From: Octopus sinensis
Lineage: Eukaryota
DNA length: 64,000 nucleotides
Assembly: GCF_006345805.1 (NCBI RefSeq)
Contig: NC_043010.1
Location: 34,534,001-34,598,000 of the forward strand
Direction of reading: 5' to 3'
Below the pieces are notes generated by a model, which was not told the DNA's origin, did no database searches, and saw only the letters and a program-made list of their open reading frames with translations. The position numbers and the translations under genes were made by a program. Below are positions 36,200 to 49,768 of the stretch, piece by piece; within the stretch, counting starts at the first letter, position 1; each line of letters starts with the position of its first letter.

Positions 36200-36525
36200 A
36201 GTGCAGCAGGATTATGGGCTACCATTGGTTTGGATTTTGTATCCAACCAGTGATTATACTCAGAAACTGGGATGTGGCCGGTTACTTGTAGGATTCAGGA
36301 GGGTCAGCTTAGACTGTTTGGTCAAGTTACTTGATTTTTCAAGTTGGATGGCGGGGGTGATGGCTTGTGCCCCATGGTCATGTCAGATGAGGAAGTATTT
36401 CAAAGAGATAGGAACTGATTTGGACAATGCATGGGTTGCCCAGGGTTATCCAAGCAGATACCGATAATTTCTGGATGCAGTGACATGCTGCAATGGTGCA
36501 CGTCCTCATATCTGACCTAACCTGA
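36200..36525 (+). mobile_element. Decayed RTE-type LINE 3' end
   Basis: EGQLRLFGQVT* (compare RQLRLFGHV) and a ctgacctaacctga tail. Confidence 0.6.
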
Positions 36526-36779
36526 TAGTCCTACAGGTTTCTATGCATGAGCAATTTCTTCCAAGTATTAAAAAGATTCCCAACCCTTGCTTTATGTGGT
36601 TACATAACTTGCAAGACATTTACAGCTAAATTGCCCTCAAATCACACTATTGTTAAAACAAGGGAAAAAAAGACTAATAGCACATTGGATAATGTATTTC
36701 TGGACACACTGAAAATAATCCAGCTGACATACTTTTGATCAATATGTTTGCTAAATCAAAACACATTAAACTATAACTG

Positions 36780-37310
36780 GCACTATGTTGGTTTTGATGA
36801 GTGTTCCAGTTGAAGCACCATCTGAATGTGATCAATGCCAGATCCATCTGACTGGCTCCCGTGCTGGTGGCACGTAAAAAGCACCATCTGAACGTGGCCA
36901 ATGCCAGTACCTGCTGATTGGCCCCATGCCGGTGGCATGTAAAAAGCACCATCCAAATGTGGCCAATGCCAGTAACACCTGACTGGTTCTCGTGCTGGCA
37001 GCATGTAAAGAGCACCATCCAAACGTAGCCAATGCCAGTATCCGCTGACTGGCCCCTGTGCCAGTGGCACATAAAAAGCACTATCTGAACATGATTGATG
37101 CCAGGCCCGCCTGACTGGCTCCTGTGCTGGTGGCACGTAAAAAGCACCCATTACACTCTCAAATTAGTTGGCATTAGGAAGGACATCCAGCTGTAGAAAC
37201 ATTGCTAGATCAGAGTGGAGTCTGCTGCAGCCACTGGCTCTCCAGACTTCAGTCAAACTGTCCAACCCATGCCAGCATGGAAAATGGACGTGAAATGATG
37301 ATGATGAACA
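36780..37310 (+). mobile_element. Family D element with diverged 61-bp tandem units and (GAT)n tail
   Basis: About five units of aaaagcaccatc...gccaatgccag...gtggcacgt at 36830-37145. Confidence 0.88.
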
Positions 37311-37313
37311 GCC

Positions 37314-37382
37314 TGCATGTGCAAGCAGCTGAGCATTGCATGTGCAAGTGGCTGAGCACTGCATGTGCAAGCGGCTGAGCAC
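37314..37382 (+). repeat. 23-bp triplication in a SINE tail
   Basis: tgcatgtgcaagyrgctgagcay, three copies. Confidence 0.9.
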
Positions 37383-37900
37383 ACACATCCTTAATGTAGT
37401 TGTCAAGGAGATTCAGCATGACACAGAATGTCAGGTTGGCCTTTTGAAATACAGGTATAACTCATTTTTGGTGGCTGAGTGAACTGGAGCAATGTGAAAT
37501 AAAGTATCTTGCTCAATGACACAGCGCATTGCTGGGAATTGAACTCACAATCTTATGATCAAGTGCCGAATATCCTAACCTAGGCCTTGGCCAACTCGAA
37601 TTACACTGTGGGCCACTTTAATTACAGAAAGATTTTTGAGGGCTGCTTGTATACTAACAGAATTGAAAGCATTTTGCTGTCTCATGCTATTGTTACAATA
37701 ATGACTGAATGACTGTTGATTCAACATGAAATATTATTATTGGAAATACAGTAGGTTCTTTCTTTTATTTTTCATCATAATCTTCAACTTTTGATAAAAT
37801 TTTAAAAATGTTTGTTTAAATAAACCCATTTCAAAAAAGTATCAAGTGGGCTGCGGGCCTCAGGTTGGCCAGCCCTGCCCTAACCGCTAATCCACAATAT
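37383..37900 (-). mobile_element. SINE core C + tail 2, head split by a MITE
   Basis: Head sequence ...cctaacc resumes as gctaatccac after 37885. Confidence 0.75.
37581..37877. mobile_element. hAT-type MITE inserted in a SINE head
   Basis: TIRs taggccttggccaac / gttggccagccctg; 8-bp TSD tcctaacc / ccctaacc. Confidence 0.8.
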
Positions 37901-38380
37901 AGTGCTAGACACCTCAAAAAGCCAGCCAGGATGCTACAGGGTTGGTACCATTTTAATCATAGGTTTGCAAAATAAGGGCTGAACAGTAACAACAACTACA
38001 ACACCCCTAATGCATATTCCTGTCTCTTTGTAAATTTGACTATTTTGAGATGCCATCTAATGAGAAACAAATTCTTGGCAAAACCAATTCTCCTGGAGAT
38101 AGAGAGAGAGAGAGGAGTAGTTTGTAGTTGTAAGTGGTGGAAACATTGTGAAACTGATCATTGGTGTATGTAGTACTGAGCCTCAGAGCCTCCATTGTAA
38201 GATTCTATGCCCATGAAAAAAGAAAAGTTACATCACTGTCAACAACAGACATCACTGGTAACAACAGCGATGATGATGACAGCAACAGAGACTCTGCATG
38301 AGCAATATTTCTGTGATGTGTGCAGTTTTCAAAAGGACATACTAAATGCTGTAGTTTTGAAGGTCTTATACATAATGTGT

Positions 38381-38630
38381 GGAGGTGTGTGGCTTAGTGG
38401 TTAGGGTGTCAGTATCATGATCATAAGATTGTGGTTTTGATCCCTAGACTGGGTGACGCGTTGTGTTCTTGAGCAAAACACTTAACTTCACGTTGCTCCA
38501 GTCCACTCAGCTGGCAAAAATGAGTAACGCTGTGATGGACTGGCGTCCCGTCCAGCTGGGGAACACATACACAATTGAAACCGGGAAACTGGGCCCATGA
38601 GCTTGGCTAGGCTTTAAAAAAGGGTGCATT
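38381..38630 (+). mobile_element. SINE core C + tail 1, full length
   Basis: 14-bp direct repeat ttatacataatgtg at 38366-79 and 38645-58. Confidence 0.92.
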
Positions 38631-38838
38631 TGTTCTTTTTTTATTTATACATAATGTGCCAGAGTAAAAAATGGAATGGTCATAGTAGGAACGTCTTTGG
38701 ATATATGTTTGCTCTATTAAGGCTGATTTGCTAACAACAACAACATCAAAAACAGCAGCAGCAACAGTAGCTGATTAAACTTACTTAAAGTCAAAAGGTT
38801 GATGAGCAGTGATATAGAAACAGAGAGGAAATAAGTAA

Positions 38839-39074
38839 GGCAGAGAGCTGGCAGAAATGTTAGCACGCCGGGCAAAATGCTTAGCAGTATTTTGTCTGCC
38901 GTTACGTTCTGAGTTCAAATTCAGCTGAGGTCGACTTTGCCTTTCATCCTTTTGGGGTTGATAAATTAAGTACTAGTTACACACTGGGGTCAATGTAATG
39001 TAATCCACTTAATCCCTTTGTCTGTCCTTGTTTGTTCCCTCTATGTTTAGCCCCCTGTGAGCAATAAAAAAATA
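38839..39074 (+). mobile_element. SINE family B, full length (long tail)
   Basis: 15-bp direct repeat agaaacagagaggaa at 38816-30 and 39075-89. Confidence 0.92.
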
Positions 39075-39302
39075 AGAAACAGAGAGGAATTAAATGTAAT
39101 TAGGCAATATTTGGTAAATATGGTTGCTGTGCATGTTTCCTGATTTTGGAATAGGTACACGGTATCCTTGTATGTTGTAAGAGGGTTCTAAAAGGATTAG
39201 GTGGCTGTATGGTGGTAAAACACTGTCAGACCCATGCCTCAGAAAACACTGTCAGACCCATGCAGGTAAAGAAATGTAGATGTAAAACACTGACGTTCAT
39301 GA

Positions 39303-39559
39303 AGATGATGATGATGATGATGATGATTGTGATGACAATGAAGACAATGATGGTTATGGTGATAACGTGGATGATGATGATGATGATGGTGATAATGATA
39401 TTGATGTAGATGATGACAGTGATGAAGATGGTAAGGATGGTGAGGGTGATGATGATGATGATGATGATAATGATATTGATGATAAAGATGACGATGATGA
39501 CGATACGATAATGGTAAAGAGGATGAGGACAGTGATGAAAATGGTAAGGATAGTGATGG

Positions 39560-39597
<38 letters not shown>

Positions 39598-39600
39598 GTA
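39303..39600. repeat. (GAT)n-rich tract
   Basis: Direct reading. Confidence 0.95.
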
Positions 39601-39924
39601 ATTCAGTAAATATCTATGTCAATAAAATTTCAGACTGAAATAAGTATTGGGGGTGATATGATTGACTAAAAAAAAAAAAAATCACTATCCCCTCTTCACC
39701 TTGAAGTTTTTGCTCCAGTATGGCCACAGTCTGATGAGTGAAACCAGTAAAAGAACAAAAGAGTAAACAAGATATAATAAATGGTATTCAGCCAACAGTA
39801 ACAACAACAGCAGCAACAACCATGATGATAACAACAACAACGAAAACAAGAAACGAACATAATTTCCTAAAGTGGAGTAACAAACAATATATATATATAA
39901 ATGCAAATGAAAAATATTGAGCAA

Positions 39925-39959
39925 CTACCACCACCACCATCACCAACATCATCATCATC

Positions 39960-39992
<33 letters not shown>

Positions 39993-40160
39993 CCACCACC
40001 ACCACCACCACCACCACCATCACCACCATCACCACCACCATCACTACCACCACCACTACCACCACCACCATCACCACCACCACCAAGAACAACAACAAAA
40101 ATAGCAGCAACTAACAACAACAACAACAGCAACAGCAACAACAACAACAACAACTGCAAC
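39925..40160. repeat. (CAT)n(CAC)n(AAC)n compound tract
   Basis: Direct reading. Confidence 0.95.
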
Positions 40161-40335
40161 TACTACATAGCAAGACACAAACAATGAAACAAGCTCCCTA
40201 AATATAAACAACACATTGGGCATCCGTCCAACTATGGTGACAACAGGCTTGAAATAAAACAATCATAGCAAAGCTGAACAGCCTGAAGTCATTCCAAAGA
40301 AAACAGCATAGAGCACCACTACCACCAACACACAC

Positions 40336-40366
<31 letters not shown>

Positions 40367-40876
40367 CAATAACAACAACAAGCACACAGATTTCAGTGAA
40401 AACTTACTTAGCATATGTGATGCAGGCATGGTTTAGCAACCGGATTTAGAATGGCACAAGAAAGAAACCTAACAAAATGCGTAGTATTTCTTTTTGTATT
40501 TTTTCCCCCTTTATATGAAAAATTGAGTTGTTTACTGTATTGTTTTATGTAGTATTTTGCAGGCTTCTTTACTGTAGTGTATGCACCATGTAGTACCATG
40601 TACTACTGTGCAGTACTTTGAAGTGTTGTGTAAAAACTGAGTATTGCTCTATAGTATTGTGTCATATTATGCAGAACTGTGCAGTATTGTTTTTGTAAAT
40701 CAGCAGATTGATAGAATTTTCCAGAATGTTGGACAAGGTACTTAACACTACTTTTTCTAGTTCTTTTTTCTACCCACTGGAACTTGGGATTTTCTTATTT
40801 CTATGATCACACCATTCACTTCCCTTCATTCTCAGCTAGCCTAATTTTGGATAAGCTCCCGCATTGATATTCATAG

Positions 40877-41045
40877 GTTGGATCTTCCCTTGGTCCTCTG
40901 CTTCAACATCAACGATGAACTATTAATACACCCTTTATTCATCGAAGACATTGTGCTCAATACAGAAACCTCAGATCAGCTGCAGATTATTCTGTGTTCG
41001 GTTGAAAGCTTCATAATGAACTACATGGAAACAAAATACATGTGA
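40877..41045 (+). CDS. Weak candidate terminal exon
   Basis: ttcatag| acceptor; 55 sense codons LDLPLVLCFNINDELLIHPLFIEDIVLNTETSDQLQIILCSVESFIMNYMETKYM then TGA; unique sequence; no homolog recognised. Confidence 0.2.
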
Positions 41046-41081
41046 TCCAAAAACGTAGCACAAGGCCAAATATATTTTATT

Positions 41082-41770
41082 ACTCTAGGCACAAAGCTCT
41101 AAATTTTGGGGGGAGAGAGCCAGTCGATTAGACCGACCCCAGTATGCAACTGATACTTAATTTATCGTTCCTGAAAGGATGAAAGGCGAAGTCGACCTTG
41201 GTGGAATTTGAACTCAGAACATAAAGACAGATGAAATACTTATTTCTTTATTACCCACAAGGGACTAAACATAGAGGGGACAAACAAGGACAGACAAAGG
41301 TATTAAGTCGATTACATCGACCCCAGTGCATACTGGTACTTAATTTATCGATCCCGAAAGGATGAAAGGCAAAGTCAACCTTGACGGAATTTGAACTCAG
41401 AACGTAAAGACATGAAATACCGCTAAGCATTTTGCCTAGTGTGCTAACGTTTCTGCTAGTTCGCTGCCTTGAAAGGCCAAATATTGAGGGGAAATCATGA
41501 AATTGTGGAAATAAAGGAAAATGTCTACTTAGGACAGAGAGTAAATATGTATTGAGACAAAGGAAGGTGGCAAAATCATTAGCATGCTGGGTAAAATGCT
41601 TTTTGGCATTTTGTCCATCTTTATGTTCTGAGTTCAAATTCCATTCAGATCGACTTTGCCTTCCATCCCTTTCGGGGTCGATAGAATAAGTACCAGTTGT
41701 TTACTGGGATTGATGTGACTGATTTCATCTTCACTTCTTGAAGTTACTGGCCTTGTGCCAAAATATGAAA
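41082..41770. mobile_element. Three SINE B copies: two tandem on - (41082-41237, 41238-41471) and one on + (41565-41770)
   Basis: Each carries gagttcaaattcc...gactttgcc(t)ttcatcc...ggggtcgat. Confidence 0.88.
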
Positions 41771-43208
41771 TCAATATGTACTGAGAAATGAATGCTGAAA
41801 TCTCATACAGAGTAAGAGCAGGATAGAAGGTATTTGCCACAACTGAGCTCAGCTGGACAAGAACCTGAATCCCAATCCTTTCAATAGCATCATTCTAGCT
41901 GTGTCCCTTATATGCAAATGAAACATGGGCTACTGTGAAGAAGGAAGTGTAGTGACTGGTCTCATTACAATATATACAATATAAAAATCTTCAATGAGAT
42001 GCTAATGACTGAATAGTTCATAGTAGAAGTACCCAGTCAGTTGTATTCAGTACTAAATTGCATAACATTTGTATTGAAGACACCTTATATTATGAACTAT
42101 AGATTTTCGATTTGTTATCTTATATTTTTTCTTCATCCTCAACAAACTCAGCATTCTCTGCAAAATCAATATTCTTAATTTATTTCCAATACTCTATTTT
42201 ATGTCTTTATAAGATCAATAACTTGTTTCATTTATTTTATCTTAATCACTCCATTTATTTATTTTATATTCGTAATAAAGGTAATTGATTGACAACCAGT
42301 GATTGGAGGTTTAATATATCAATAGGTGAACATATATACATCGATAAGTGAAAGGTGGTGGTGGTGTGTGTGTGTATGTATACATATATATATGTATAGA
42401 TAAATATATATGTATATATGTATATATATATATATGTATAGGTATATATAGATGTATACACATACACACTATGCCAACGGATGGCCAATGGTATGTGTCA
42501 ATAGGTGATCAGTGACATGTATCAAGATGATCATTGTTATCTATCAAGAACACAGCGCACTGCCTGAGAACCAAAATCTCACTGAGAAATGAGAGAGATA
42601 TAGAAATTTACTCAACACAGATATACCAAAAATTGAAGGTAGATGGATCACCATGGATTGAAATTAGTATAGAAATTCATCCAAAATCAAGTAATACTTA
42701 ACAAACACAGGGAATCCCATTTGTGACAGTTTATACTTATTGAAGCAAATGGAATTGAATGCTTTGCCAAAGAACTGAATATAACACAGACAATATTAAT
42801 TACAGTAGAATCTGAACTCATGAACTCATATGCCAGCAAGCTAACTTGGCCAGCGTCAAGAATTCCAGGTACATTTTCCACCCACATTATTAACACCTAC
42901 TCCTATTATTATCGTTTTCTAAGAATCTTCCCCATGCTCCGTATGATTAGCTTTCCGCTGCCTCCTACTTTCTCCTGAATGAGAAACCACCCCTATACAT
43001 ATCTATGCCATTTCCTTTTCTCCAAAACACTATCACCACCACCACCAACCACCCCCTATTGACAGTGTTTCTTGTGTAGATCACTTAAGAAACCGCAACC
43101 AAGAGGTAATAAGTATTCTAAACAGACTCTAAAGCACCATCCAGCTATCCAATTCTAACAAAAAAAAATTCTCTTTGTGTCTAAAGGTCATTTGTAGTAG
43201 TAGTAGTA

Positions 43209-43254
<46 letters not shown>

Positions 43255-43970
43255 CAGCAGCAATAATAATATTCCGCATCCGATGAGTAATGCTTTTTTT
43301 TTTTATATATATCAAGTATTTATATGAGTAAGTTTTAAGAAGTGTTTGTTGAGAGTGGTGGTAGAGACAGAGAGAAAAAGACAGATGGATAGATAAATAA
43401 GAAGAGAGAGAGAGGGGGAGAGATAAAAGAAGAGAAAGAGAGATATAAGAGAGGAAACAAAATAAATATCCACTGGTGCCACAAACATTAATGCTAAGAG
43501 CAAATTTTACATTAACCTCAACACTACCGAAATATCACAAGCACCATAAACAACAATGAAAAGAACAGCTAATTCTAAGGCAGACAAGGAAAGAAGAGAA
43601 AGAGTGAGCAACAAGAGGGTGTGGTTGATTGGAGGAATGATACCTCGCTACCTTCTGTAATTGTAAGGAAAGTGAAAATATTTACTGTGGATGATTCATA
43701 GAACCACAAAACCAAAAGTGAAGGTGGCCAAACTATGTTTTTATTACATTCGCCTAAAGTAAAAGGAAACATTTTTTTCGTCTGTAAAAATAAGATGGAG
43801 AAGGTACAACTCATCTATGTAGGTTTACAAAATGTAGGAAAATAAACTTAGAACAGCAGTTAATCGGTCTGAGAAGGATAAAAAAACAAGTATTGAAAAT
43901 GTAATGTTATAAACACCCTCTAGAATAGCTTGGTGTTGCTGCTGTCTTGCTGTTAAGCTTCATGTAGTAA

Positions 43971-44396
43971 TACTCCTTACTCTTTACTCTTTTACATGTT
44001 TCAGTCATTTGACTGTGGCCATGCTGGAGCACCGCCTTTAGTCGAGCAAATCGACCCCAGGACTTATTCTTCGTAAGCCTAGTACTTATTCTATCGGTCT
44101 CTTTTTGCTGAACCGCTAAGTTACATGGACATAAACACACCACTATTGGTTGTCAAGTGATGGGGGGGGGGGGCGCAAAAACATAAACACACAAACATAC
44201 ACACACACACACACACACATATATATGTATACATATATATGACAGGCTTCTTTCAGTTTCCGTCTACCAAATCCACTCACAAGGCTTTGGTCGGCCTGAG
44301 GCTATAGTAGAAGACACTTGCCCAAGGTGCCACGCAGTGGGACTGAACCCGGAACCATGTGGTTGGTAAGAAAGCTACTTACTACACAGCCACTCC
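43971..44396 (-). mobile_element. SINE family A, full length
   Basis: Reverse complement of family A. Confidence 0.93.
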
Positions 44397-44974
44397 GATA
44401 CCTGTTGTTCTTAAAGTTGTTCTTTAAGGCAACAAGCAAAATGTTCATTGGCATTTTGTCTGTCTTTACATTCTGAGTTCAAATTCCGCTGAGGCCAACT
44501 TTGCCTTTCATCCTTTCAGGGGCTTCAGTTATGGGTCAAATAGTACCAGAAGATAGTCCTGCACCTAAGGCAATATACAGGACTTATAGGATGGTTGATT
44601 ACTAGACATGTATTACATAGGCCAATTAGAGTATAGATATGCCCTGATGTCCTGTGAACCAGTAATTATACCGCTAAGGATTAAATAGGTCCTGTGCCTT
44701 GAAAATAGGCTTGGGAAAACTGGGGACTAGCAGAGTGAATTGTAAACAAGCTAGTAGAAAGTAACTAACTTTCCCAAGAAAAACCACAAATTTTCAGAGT
44801 TTGACATTGCAGCTCAGGGTGGCCCATGCCTATAGGCATGGCACAAGAAGAGAAAGAGAGAGAGAGAGAGAGAAAATATTATAGTATTCTAGCATTACTA
44901 TATAGGCTGTTGCTCCATTGGCATATCAATTTTGTAAGTGAAGTAATGTATCTTGTGCAACAGTAAAACATACC

Positions 44975-45435
44975 ATTCAGTCAACATCTACACTATGTCT
45001 ATATATTAAGTCACCATTATTCAACACATAACCGTCTTCAGTTAGTATCTGTACATATGACTTCATAAAGAAATCTAAAGACATAGTTAATATCTCTCGA
45101 TGGTGTCCCCATCTATGAGTTAATTTTCAATGTTCTTACAGTCAGCATTTATAATCTGTAGTTATCTTGCCAACATCTACAAACTAGGCAACATCAGAGC
45201 TTTGTGTCCATTCATCCAGCCAACAACTGCTCGATATCTTTCTGCTTTTCCAGTCAACATCTACACATACAATCTATCTGTCTAGTTGACATGCACACTT
45301 CATCTATATGTAGTCAACTATACACTAAATCTACCCAGTTAAGATATACACACACTGTCTCTTATCAATGCATACATCCTGTCTCTACCCTTTCAGTCAG
45401 CATCAATGCATTGTGACTATCTATCCAGTTAACAG
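44975..45435 (+). repeat. Highly degenerate repeat of cagtcaacatctacac-like motifs
   Basis: The motif recurs about eight times at irregular spacing. Confidence 0.5.
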
Positions 45436-45572
45436 ATCCAGGGTCAGCTTATAAAGGAGATTCTTCATCTGTTATCCCTTAGTTGTTTTAGTTTTGAGAC
45501 TGCGGTCATGCTGGGGCATCACCTTGAGGAATTTTAGTCGAATTAATTGACCTTTGTTTTCTTCTCAAGTCT

Positions 45573-45574
45573 AT

Positions 45575-45605
<31 letters not shown>

Positions 45606-45673
45606 CATACACACACACACATATATACATACATGTATATGTATGTATTTATACAGAAGTACATGTGTATATA

Positions 45674-45740
<67 letters not shown>

Positions 45741-45763
45741 ATATGTGTGTGTGTATATATATA

Positions 45764-45830
<67 letters not shown>

Positions 45831-45855
45831 TATATGTATATATGTATATATCTAT
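45573..45855. repeat. (TA)n/(CA)n tract
   Basis: Direct reading. Confidence 0.97.
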
Positions 45856-46546
45856 GTGTGTGTTTTGTGCTTGTGTTGTCCTACCACTTGATAACCAGTG
45901 TTGGTTTTTTTATGTCCTCCAGCTCAGATGTTGGGCAAAACGAGACCCATAGGATAAGCATCACACTTAGAAAGTATAACAAGTAGTGGGGTTGATTTGT
46001 TCGACTAAAGCCGCCAAGGCTATGTACTCCAGCATGGCCACAGTGCAATCACTGAAACAAGTAAGAAAGAAAGAAAGATGGAAGACAGAACCTAAAACAA
46101 AATCCTATTTCTAAGCAAATAAAACCAAAAACAACAATAATAAAGAAAAACCTAAATAACCAACCAAACAAACCAAAAAAATATTTATCTTGAAGTTTCG
46201 TCCCAAGTAGAATCTTTACGGGTCATATTCTATGTGAATACAGAATCAGTCGATGGAAAATCAGAGGCGGGGAAAATAGCAAAACCAAAATAAAGACATG
46301 CCAAACAGTAACAGGTGAATGGCATCGTTTCATTTCAAGCAAAAAATGATCAGACTGAAGATAATAATAAACCTAAAATAAGAATTGTTCTGTTAAAGGT
46401 TAAACAGGACAACAATGGTTCCAATGTTGTTGTTATTTTTTTTAGGTGGCGGCATGCATGGAACAAGAAATGATGAAGTATTAGATAAATGAATAAGAAG
46501 AAACATTGGGAAATGCAACATTGCCACAACATCTGCTGTAACAGCC

Positions 46547-46950
46547 CTTTTATTCTTTTACTTGTTTCAGTCATTTGACTGTGGCCATGCTGGAACACCG
46601 CCTTTTAGTCGAGCAAATCGCCCCCAGGACTTAGTCTTTGTAAGCCTAGTACTTATTCTATCGGTCTGTTTTGCTGAACTGCTAAGTTACAGGGACATAA
46701 ACACACCAGCATTGGTTGTCAAGTGATGTTGGGAGGACAAACACAGACACGCAAACACACACACACACACACACATATACACATACATATATACGATGGG
46801 CTTCTTTCAGTTTCTGTCTACCAAATCCACCCACAAAGCTTTGGTCTGTTCGAGGCTGTAGTAGAAGACACTTGCCCAAGGTGCCATGCAGTGGGACTGA
46901 ACCCGGAACAATGTGGTTCGTAAGCAAGCTACTTACCACACAGCCACTCC
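46547..46950 (-). mobile_element. SINE family A, full length
   Basis: Reverse complement of family A. Confidence 0.92.
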
Positions 46951-48545
46951 TACACCTACATTGAAGTTGGAAAGGGATGTTGCTAATGATGATGATGGAG
47001 ATAAGCTTGATTATGTTTATGATGGGGATGCTGATAGTTGTGATAATGATGAGGTTGGTGGTGCTTTTAATGCCTCTTGCAGGTGGTTCCTGGTGTATCA
47101 CTAATATGTACTTCCAACACCAACACCAACAGCATCACCCCCATTATCACCCCACTACCATCACTACTACCAGCACCATTACCAGCACAAAACCACCAGC
47201 ACCAGCACCAGCACCAGTAGCACCACCACCACCACTGACACTATCATCTCTATTCCTAGTTCTACATTTATCACATAAACTACCACAATTTTTATCAGCA
47301 ATTCTCATTACTATCACCACCAGAATTATCACAATAACAGCCTCGTTATACTCACACTTTGTACACTGTTTATGTGTTTATGTTTCCACAAAGATGCTAT
47401 GCAACATTTTTGATAAAGCCACTTAAACTTCAATAGCCCAGCCAATCATACTATAAACAGGTATTATATAGAGGTAAATTTCAGTGTTTTGTTAGCTTCA
47501 GATAATGAGTTCAAATCCTGCCTGCACTAGGTGAGACTCTTGAGGTCCCAATAATGCAAAAAATGTCTTCACAAGATATTTTTCATAATACTGATAGATG
47601 TCCATCACTATCATCAGTGTTAAATGAATGATAAATATGATATAAAATAATATTATATATATAATAAATCTCTGAGCAAGGTATAAACAGTAGCTGCACA
47701 ACATTATGTGTCCATAGCTTAGAGTGGGTACATCTTATGGAGTTTCTTATCAAACTCTTGAATCACTCTGTTGCGTTTGCTAAATATTAATAAAAATATA
47801 CATACATATTTTGAATTCTAGTTTTTCTGTTTGCATCACTAAAAACCTACACACACACAGAGACAGGTATGTATTTTCACTGGTTAGGATACAAGTATAT
47901 TGTTCTTGTTGTTTAACACCAGACCAACCTTGGTTGAGGAGACCTGGTCTTTTTGTCTACCCTAGACCACATTAATTTATGCATCTTTCTTTTTCTTCTA
48001 TTCGTTGTTTCGTGTGACATTGTAATGTGTGATTTGAGGGAGATCTGGTTGCTATTTCTGATAGCTTGGGTAACTTGGAAAGAACCATTCATTGGCTCAA
48101 GTTATTGAAAGTAAGCTTAACAGAATATCTATTACATATCGTTCCATCACAGCTAGGTGAAATGAAGCAGCCAGACTGAAGGGCATGTGTTTAGTTAGCA
48201 ACAATGCACACAGAAAAATGTATACTAGTCTATGATGTGTAAATGTTGCCAGAAAAGCTGGCATGTATATAGCTTGATAAACTGGTGAACTGAAGCATGG
48301 TGACTGAAAGTATGTGTATAATGACAGAAATATATGTCGGTATGTATAAATATAAATATATTTATATATATGCATACATACATACATGTATGTATGTGTG
48401 TGTAGGTGTATTTGTATTTGTGTGCTGTGTATGTATGTATATATGTATGTATGTCATGGCAGAAGTACTGTAGTGGTTGTCAATGTTCTTAAGAATACTA
48501 AAAAGATCTCTCTATCCTATGTTGCATATTCATTTCCTTTTACAG

Positions 48546-48663
48546 AGTGCACTGGGTGAATGTGATTGAGGTTGCCTTGTGCCTTGCAAGTCCTCTCTAT
48601 TCTACATCATCCCTGTTTGTTCAAGGAAGCGCCACTGAGAGGGAAAATAGAAGAGAAAGTAAG
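48546..48663 (+). other. Candidate spliced exon (coding status unknown)
   Basis: catttcctttttacag| ... aag|gtaagt; 118 nt; one open frame, VHWVNVIEVALCLASPLYSTSSLFVQGSATERENRRESK. Confidence 0.25.
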
Positions 48664-48969
48664 GTAAGTTTAAAGGGTGAGTAGATGAGAGAGTAATATG
48701 AAGAGAGCAGTAGATGGAGACATAACAAGATTACAAGAGCTGAGAGGCCTAAATATAGATGTATTATATATCCCAAATTTCATCATTTTAATGATTATAT
48801 ATGTGTTTGTGTATCTCTCTAAATACATATATATATATATATGTACACACACACACACACATGCATGCACACACACATATACATATATATATATATACAC
48901 ACACACACATATATGTGTATATATATGCATACACACACACACAAACATTCCTTTATTTCTTTTATTTTT

Positions 48970-49327
48970 TTTTACTTGTTTCAGTCATTTGACTGTGGCC
49001 ATGCTTGAGCACTGCCTTAAAGAGTTGAAGAAATTGAACTCCATACTCATTCTATTGGTATCTCCTGCTGAATCCCTAGCTTACAGTGACATAAACACAC
49101 CGACATCGATTGTCAAGTGATGGTGGGGTGGGGTGAAAGACAAACAGACACAAAGACACACAGACATTATATATATATATATACGACTGGCTTCTTTCAG
49201 TTTCTGAATCCACTCACAAGGCTTTGGTTGACCTGAGGCTATAGTAGAAGATATTTTCCGAAGGTGTCACACAGTGGGATTGAACCTGAAACCATGTGGT
49301 TGGGAAGCAAGCTTCTTACCATACAGC

Positions 49328-49330
<3 letters not shown>
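48970..49330 (-). mobile_element. SINE family A, diverged variant
   Basis: Reverse complement of the family A head with a variant tail. Confidence 0.8.
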
Positions 49331-49359
<29 letters not shown>

Positions 49360-49730
49360 CTTGTATATGGTGTGTTGTGAATTTATGGAAAGGAATCCCA
49401 TAAAACTCAACAAATTTGTTAAAAATGGAGAAGAGAAGATGTTAAAATGTAAGAGAATTTTAATTCATGCAGATGATTGTTTCCAACAACAATATAAAAA
49501 TCATGCAAATTTTTATCTCTTCTCCATTTTTAACAAATTTGTTCAGTTTTATGGGATTCCTTTCCATAAATTCACAACACACCATATACAAGTATCATTT
49601 TCATATTCGCAAACATATGGCAGTAAGCTACCAGCAAAATATGAAGAAATTATATTAGAAATCTTTTTTGGAATCCTCCAAATAAAAGGGTAGAATTTAA
49701 TTCCCTTTTACACATATATATTTAGATAAC

Positions 49731-49765
<35 letters not shown>

Positions 49766-49768
49766 TTA

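Noticed and set aside
39367-40114. Poly-Asp, poly-His and poly-Thr ORFs
   Set aside because: Trinucleotide microsatellites open in several frames by construction.
42687-42896. 69-aa minus-strand ORF
   Set aside because: Appears to overlap a degenerate SINE B-like remnant; no splice or homology support.
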